Shown: positions 27,972 through 32,000 of the stretch, in pieces | Layout of the letters: each line of letters starts with the position of its first letter | How positions within the stretch are numbered: position 1 is the stretch's first letter | Assembly: GCF_000619845.1 (NCBI RefSeq) | Contig: NZ_JHUX01000004.1 | Span: 355,190-387,189, forward strand | DNA from: Alkanindiges illinoisensis DSM 15370 | GTDB taxonomy: Bacteria > Pseudomonadota > Gammaproteobacteria > Pseudomonadales > Moraxellaceae | Length of the DNA stretch: 32,000 bases | Direction: 5' to 3' | Program-made: the position numbers and the translations under genes | The notes under the pieces: generated by a model | What the model saw: the letters and a program-made list of their open reading frames with translations, nothing else | Database searches by the model: none | What the model was told of the DNA's origin: nothing

Positions 27972-29804
27972 TCAATCTGCCGGGCTTAACTTTGGCAGAT
28001 CGAGTGCCCTGTCTAGCGGCACATTCAGTAAGCGCAAGGTTTCCTGCATGACCTTACTAAATACCGGGGCAGCGGCCAGTCCACCATATTTGGTCACCGG
28101 GTTTTCGACCACCACCACCATGGCAATGCGTGGATTACTGACTGGTGCAATACCTGCAAACAGGGCACGGTACTCTGTGGTGGAATAACGGCCATTCACC
28201 AGTTTACGTGCTGTCCCGGTTTTCCCTGCCACGCGATAACCGGGAATGGCAGCACGGGTAGCTGTTCCGCCCGGCTGAATCACGCCTTCCATCATGCTCA
28301 GCACTTCCTGCGTGATTTTGGGGTCAATGAGTTGTTCACCCGCAGGAACCTTATCCAGTTTTTTCAAGGTTAATGGGTGAGCAACCCCATTATTGGCCAG
28401 CGTGGCATACGCATGGGCAACCTGCAAGGCGGTAGCATTCAAGCTGTAACCATAGGACATGGTGGCCACTTCAGACACATTCCACAGTTTGGATGGCAGA
28501 ATCAAGCCGGCAGCTTCACCCGGAAAATGTACGGCAGTTCGCTGGCCATAACCCAGCCGCTTAAAGAAAGTCGGCATGGTGCTATAAGGCAGCGACAAGG
28601 CAACTTTTGCAATCCCCACGTTGGATGACTTAACAATAATGCCGCGCATGTCCAGCACGCCATAATTGTGAGTATCACTAATGCGGTGGTTGCCAATCAT
28701 CATACTGCCGGGATTGGTGTTCACCGTGTTGTTGACCTGCCACTTGCCGCTTTCCAGTGCAGCCATCATGGAAATTGGCTTCATGGTAGAACCCGGCTCA
28801 AACATATCAATGGCCGCACGGTTACGCATCGCATCCTTGTTGGTCAGGCCATTGGGATCATTCGGGTTAAACGATGGCCAGCTGGTCATGGCCAGAATCT
28901 CACCGGTTTTAACATCCACTGCCACCGCTGTGGCAGAACGTGCATTTTGCGCAATCCCAGCCGCGGTTAACTCTCTATACAAAATATACTGCAAGCGGGA
29001 ATCAATACTTAAGGTCATGTTCTGACCCGGTGTTTCCGGCTTGATCAGCTCAACATCCTTGATCCGGTTACCGCGGCGGTCACGCATGACCCGCATTTTG
29101 CCATCTTCACCAGTGAGCAGCTTGTTCCAGGCCATTTCCAGACCTTCAACCCCGCGGCCATTACGGTTGGTTAGTCCAATAATCTGGGCATTGGGCTGCG
29201 CTTGCGGATAATAGCGCTTAAAGTCATTTTCTGGATAAACCGACTGGAACTTGCGGCTTAAGATAACCTTGGCCGTTGGCGGCGGTAACTGGCGCTTTAA
29301 AATAATGTAGCGCGACGTTTTTTTGTCACTAACCAGCTTGATCAGCTTTTCCCGGTCTTCACCAATGGCATCAGCCAGTGCATTTAAGTCAAAATTGGTT
29401 CGGGCCAGTTGACGTTTTAACCGCGCACTGGTGGGATTTTCTTTTAGCTTTTGTTCAATTTCCCGATGCTCTGCCATGGCCTCAAAGTATTCCTTGGGGT
29501 CCATCCACAGGTTAACCATTGGGGTACTGATCGCCAGCGGGACACCATTACGGTCACTAATCACGCCACGGGTTGCCTTGAGCGTATCGGTACGCAAAAT
29601 CATGGCATCGGCTTTTTGCTGCAAAAACTGGTGATCCAGTACCTGCACATAAAAGGCCCGGGCAATCAGGATCATAAAAAATGCCGCCACACAGCCCCAC
29701 AGGATTTTAAAGCGCCACAAATCAACGGCAAGGCTGGGCTTTTGAGTTACAGAGCGCTGTTTGGTTCGTTTTTTCTGGTCGCCCGCAAGAATATTTTTTT
29801 TCAT
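27972..29804 (-). CDS. ftsI: Peptidoglycan D,D-transpeptidase FtsI (PBP3)
   Basis: 610 aa with an N-terminal TM anchor and a PBP dimerisation domain. Transpeptidase motifs: STMKP (SxxK), SSN, KTGTA. Confidence 0.95.
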   Translation of the reverse strand: MKKNILAGDQKKRTKQRSVTQKPSLAVDLWRFKILWGCVAAFFMILIARAFYVQVLDHQFLQQKADAMILRTDTLKATRGVISDRNGVPLAISTPMVNLWMDPKEYFEAMAEHREIEQKLKENPTSARLKRQLARTNFDLNALADAIGEDREKLIKLVSDKKTSRYIILKRQLPPPTAKVILSRKFQSVYPENDFKRYYPQAQPNAQIIGLTNRNGRGVEGLEMAWNKLLTGEDGKMRVMRDRRGNRIKDVELIKPETPGQNMTLSIDSRLQYILYRELTAAGIAQNARSATAVAVDVKTGEILAMTSWPSFNPNDPNGLTNKDAMRNRAAIDMFEPGSTMKPISMMAALESGKWQVNNTVNTNPGSMMIGNHRISDTHNYGVLDMRGIIVKSSNVGIAKVALSLPYSTMPTFFKRLGYGQRTAVHFPGEAAGLILPSKLWNVSEVATMSYGYSLNATALQVAHAYATLANNGVAHPLTLKKLDKVPAGEQLIDPKITQEVLSMMEGVIQPGGTATRAAIPGYRVAGKTGTARKLVNGRYSTTEYRALFAGIAPVSNPRIAMVVVVENPVTKYGGLAAAPVFSKVMQETLRLLNVPLDRALDLPKLSPAD

Positions 29805-29821
29805 TGATGCAATAAGCCCGC

Positions 29822-30130
29822 TTACAACGTCGGTGTGGTTAAAACCACGGTTTGGGTAGGTGGGGGCGAATACATGCGCAGGGTCATGACAGCACGGCTA
29901 CCAATTTGTGCCGTCGCACCAAAGGTCTGCTGTTCAATCAACAGGCGGCCCCACTCCACATCCAGGTCTTCGCGGGTTTCACGCACCTCTTGTAAGCCCC
30001 GGAATTCCTGCCGGTACATGAATACCTGTTGCACCACAGCGATGGCACTACCCACAATCAGTAGTACCAGTAATATTGGTAAACACCATGTTTTTAATGA
30101 TGGTGAATGCAAGACTGATCGAATACCCAT
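29822..30130 (-). CDS. ftsL: Cell division protein FtsL
   Basis: 102 aa bitopic protein. TM segment LPILLVLLIVGSAIAVV is followed by a coiled-coil-like region (EFRGLQEVRETREDLDVEWGRLLIEQ). The start overlaps the rsmH stop by 1 nt (TAATG). Lies between rsmH and ftsI. Confidence 0.88.
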   Translation of the reverse strand: MGIRSVLHSPSLKTWCLPILLVLLIVGSAIAVVQQVFMYRQEFRGLQEVRETREDLDVEWGRLLIEQQTFGATAQIGSRAVMTLRMYSPPPTQTVVLTTPTL

Positions 30131-31041
30131 TAGGCATGCTCCAAACGCTCAGCCACACGCAGCCATGCACTGCGGGCACGCGGATTTTCACTTACTTCTG
30201 CAGGGCTTGGGGCAATACGGGCAACTTTCTTGATGGTCCGCGGATCCGGCTCTGGCTGCGACAACCAGCCCTGTTCCGGCAACGTAGATTGCTGCTGGAT
30301 AAACTGCTTGACCAAGCGGTCTTCCAGTGAATGAAAACTTATCACAGCCAGTCTTCCCTGTGGCTTTAAGGCCTGTACAGCCTGTGGTAAAAAGTTTGTT
30401 AAATCATCAAGCTCGTGGTTAATGGCAATCCGGATCGCCTGAAAACTACGCGTGGCCGGATGCTTGTGTTTTTCCCACTTGGGATGCGCTTCCTTGACAA
30501 TTTGTGCCAGTTGGCCTGTGGTTTCAATCAGGCCAGCCTGCTTAATGGCTCTGGCAATCCGGCGGCTATAGCGCTCTTCGCCATATTGAAATAATACATT
30601 GGCCAGGTCTTCTTCTTCAATATCCTGTAGCCACTGGCTGGCAGTAAGCCCCTTGCTATTGTCCATGCGCATGTCCAGTGGGCCATCCTGCATAAAGCTA
30701 AAGCCCCGCCCGGCCTGATCCAGTTGCGGTGAAGACACGCCAAGGTCTGCCATGACCCCATCCACTAGTCCCATTCCTAACTGTGCCAGTTGTTCCGTCA
30801 ATTCAGCAAAACTGGCATGCACCATGGTTAACCGCGCATCCTGCTGCATCAGTTCGGCACCCACAGCCTGTGCCTGCGGGTCCTTATCAAATGCAATGAC
30901 CCGACTATTGGCACTTAAGCGGTTTAACAAAGCCTGCGTATGACCTCCACGCCCAAACGTGGCATCAATGTAGATTCCTTCTGTGCGTCCAGCCAGTAAC
31001 GCATCAATCGTTTCATGTAATAGCACAGAAATATGGGACAT
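30130..31041 (-). CDS. rsmH: 16S rRNA (cytosine1402-N4)-methyltransferase
   Basis: 303 aa. N-terminal HISVLLHETIDAL, SAM motif YIDATFGRGGHT, and DLGVSSPQLD, FSFMQDGPLDMRM, ISFHSLEDR. Confidence 0.97.
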   Translation of the reverse strand: MSHISVLLHETIDALLAGRTEGIYIDATFGRGGHTQALLNRLSANSRVIAFDKDPQAQAVGAELMQQDARLTMVHASFAELTEQLAQLGMGLVDGVMADLGVSSPQLDQAGRGFSFMQDGPLDMRMDNSKGLTASQWLQDIEEEDLANVLFQYGEERYSRRIARAIKQAGLIETTGQLAQIVKEAHPKWEKHKHPATRSFQAIRIAINHELDDLTNFLPQAVQALKPQGRLAVISFHSLEDRLVKQFIQQQSTLPEQGWLSQPEPDPRTIKKVARIAPSPAEVSENPRARSAWLRVAERLEHA

Positions 31042-31207
31042 ACCGCAACACTTTTAAAGAATAAGACCTGCAAGGGGCGACATTATCATGTTGTTGCACG
31101 GCTGCGCAAAGCAACTTTTTGTAGCAGGTCACATTTTTTATAATAACTTCAAGCTGAGTCTGCTTTATTTAAAATTGCTGCATGATAAAGCAACCACTAC
31201 CAATAGA

Positions 31208-31230
31208 AAGAGGAGCACATTGCTCCTCTT
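31208..31230 (-). terminator. Hairpin terminator after the Ig-like repeat gene
   Basis: Perfect 10-bp stem AAGAGGAGCA (31208-31217) / TGCTCCTCTT (31221-31230) with a 3-nt loop. It begins 17 nt downstream of the stop at 31247. U-rich sequence (CUCUUUCUAUU) follows on the minus strand. TTTT flanks the plus strand too, so it may act in both directions. Confidence 0.7.
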
Positions 31231-31246
31231 TTGGCTTAGGTTAACA

Positions 31247-32000
31247 TTAAAACAGGACTGGCTGGTGGGCAAAAAGCTCATCCGGACGTTCAGGAGTGGT
31301 GAGCGCATGCAGTAAGGAGCCATTACTGCTTAAACGCTGGTCTGGCACAGCACTGTCGCCTAAAGCAGCAAAAATATCCTCAGGAGCAGTATCAACCTGA
31401 CTGGTCAGCAGCTCATCAATATGAATCGCTTGAGGATCAGATTCCGGATTAGATGCGAAGTCAGCTTTTAAGGCTGCTGTGTCACTGGTTTCAGCGCCAA
31501 GTAGCAATGAATAGATCTCACTGGAATACTCGGTAACCTCTATTTCTTTGTTGGTCATATCTGTTAAGGCTGGCACCACAAAGTTACTGCTTTCACTGCT
31601 ATTACCTGCCCGATCAGTTACAGTGATGGTTAATAGTTTGTCTTCAGCATCATCATAGTACGGTAATGCCACCTCAAAATTTCCATCATGGTCTGTATAA
31701 CCATTGCCCACTATATTATTTTCTTCATCAAATACCTGAATAAAGCTATTTGACTCGGCACGGCCCACAAGCACAGAGTAATCCTGAAGTATCAAATCAG
31801 TTGGAGCATTTGGTGCACTGACATCAAATGGCGCAGTAATAGTGGCTGACGAACTGACATGGCCGTCGCTGTCAGTAGCGATAACAGTAAAGACTTCCCC
31901 TTTATAATAGGCGCCGTACAGGTCAACTGTAAAATTACCCTGATCGTCTGCATAGCTACTATATACAGCAGTTCTATCTGGACTGTAGATTTCAATTAGA
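31247..32000 (-). CDS. Large Ig-like (Bap/BapA-type) repeat protein, C-terminal end (partial; 5' end outside window)
   Basis: The frame of ORF 31247..31795 stays open upstream to the window edge. My manual translation reads ...LIEIYSPDRTAVYSSYADDQGNFTVDLYGAYYKGEVFTVIATDSDGHVSSSATITAPFDVSAPNAPTDLILQDYSVLVGRAESNSFIQVFDEENNIVGNGYTDHDGNFEVALPYYDDAEDKLLTITVTDRAGNSSESSNFVVPA... This contains two tandem modules with the bacterial Ig-like adhesin signature (D.(D/Q)GNF.V.L ... T(V/I).(A/V)TD..G(N/H).S). A non-repeat acidic C-terminus of roughly 100 aa follows. The TTG 'start' at 31795 in the ORF track is an internal Leu codon. Confidence 0.75.
   Translation of the reverse strand, partial: LIEIYSPDRTAVYSSYADDQGNFTVDLYGAYYKGEVFTVIATDSDGHVSSSATITAPFDVSAPNAPTDLILQDYSVLVGRAESNSFIQVFDEENNIVGNGYTDHDGNFEVALPYYDDAEDKLLTITVTDRAGNSSESSNFVVPALTDMTNKEIEVTEYSSEIYSLLLGAETSDTAALKADFASNPESDPQAIHIDELLTSQVDTAPEDIFAALGDSAVPDQRLSSNGSLLHALTTPERPDELFAHQPVLF

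Noticed and set aside
31042-31246. Possible RNase P RNA (rnpB), which sits next to the dcw cluster in Pseudomonas
   Set aside because: Only about 205 nt are available, far shorter than a bacterial RNase P RNA (about 350-400 nt). No conserved P4-type sequence is visible.
31088-31315. 75-aa plus-strand ORF in the rsmH upstream region (checked as a possible mraZ or small regulator)
   Set aside because: It does not resemble MraZ, which is about 150 aa with a duplicated SpoVT-AbrB fold. It crosses the 10-bp terminator hairpin, overlaps the 3' end of the Ig-like gene, and has no RBS.
31792-31995. 67-aa minus-strand ORF at the right edge
   Set aside because: It is in the wrong frame. The frame of the downstream Ig-like ORF remains open through this region and yields a second, clearly homologous Ig-like module, whereas this ORF gives a Leu/Ile-rich nonsense sequence.

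Overview
This is a chromosomal window dominated by housekeeping genes. Gene order matches Acinetobacter/Moraxellaceae-type (and Pseudomonas-like) Gammaproteobacteria. All genes are on the minus strand except ponA.

Gene order by coordinate:
- lemA
- a COG3687/PF10118-type metal-dependent hydrolase
- a Fur-controlled FhuE-like TonB-dependent receptor
- gltD and gltB
- a SPOR (DamX-like) protein, then aroB, aroK and pilQ-pilP-pilO-pilN-pilM, which look like one long transcription unit
- ponA (PBP1a), divergent on the plus strand
- rlmA
- an unrecognisable 259-aa ORF
- a truncated dcw block: mraY-murF-murE-ftsI-ftsL-rsmH
- the C-terminal end of a large Ig-like repeat protein that runs off the right edge

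I found no rRNA, tRNA, CRISPR array, IS/transposase, integrase, toxin-antitoxin or recognisable defence genes. I do not see a convincing novel multi-gene system and regard the window as mostly ordinary core genome.

The leads most worth a second look:
1. The orphan 259-aa tripartite ORF that sits where murD would follow mraY.
2. The Ig-like adhesin C-terminus abutting an mraZ-less rsmH.
3. The DamX-like protein with an internal SPOR domain and a long Pro-rich tail.
4. Small repeat and palindrome clusters in two intergenic regions.

All calls rest on reading the translations and DNA by eye. No database search was run.
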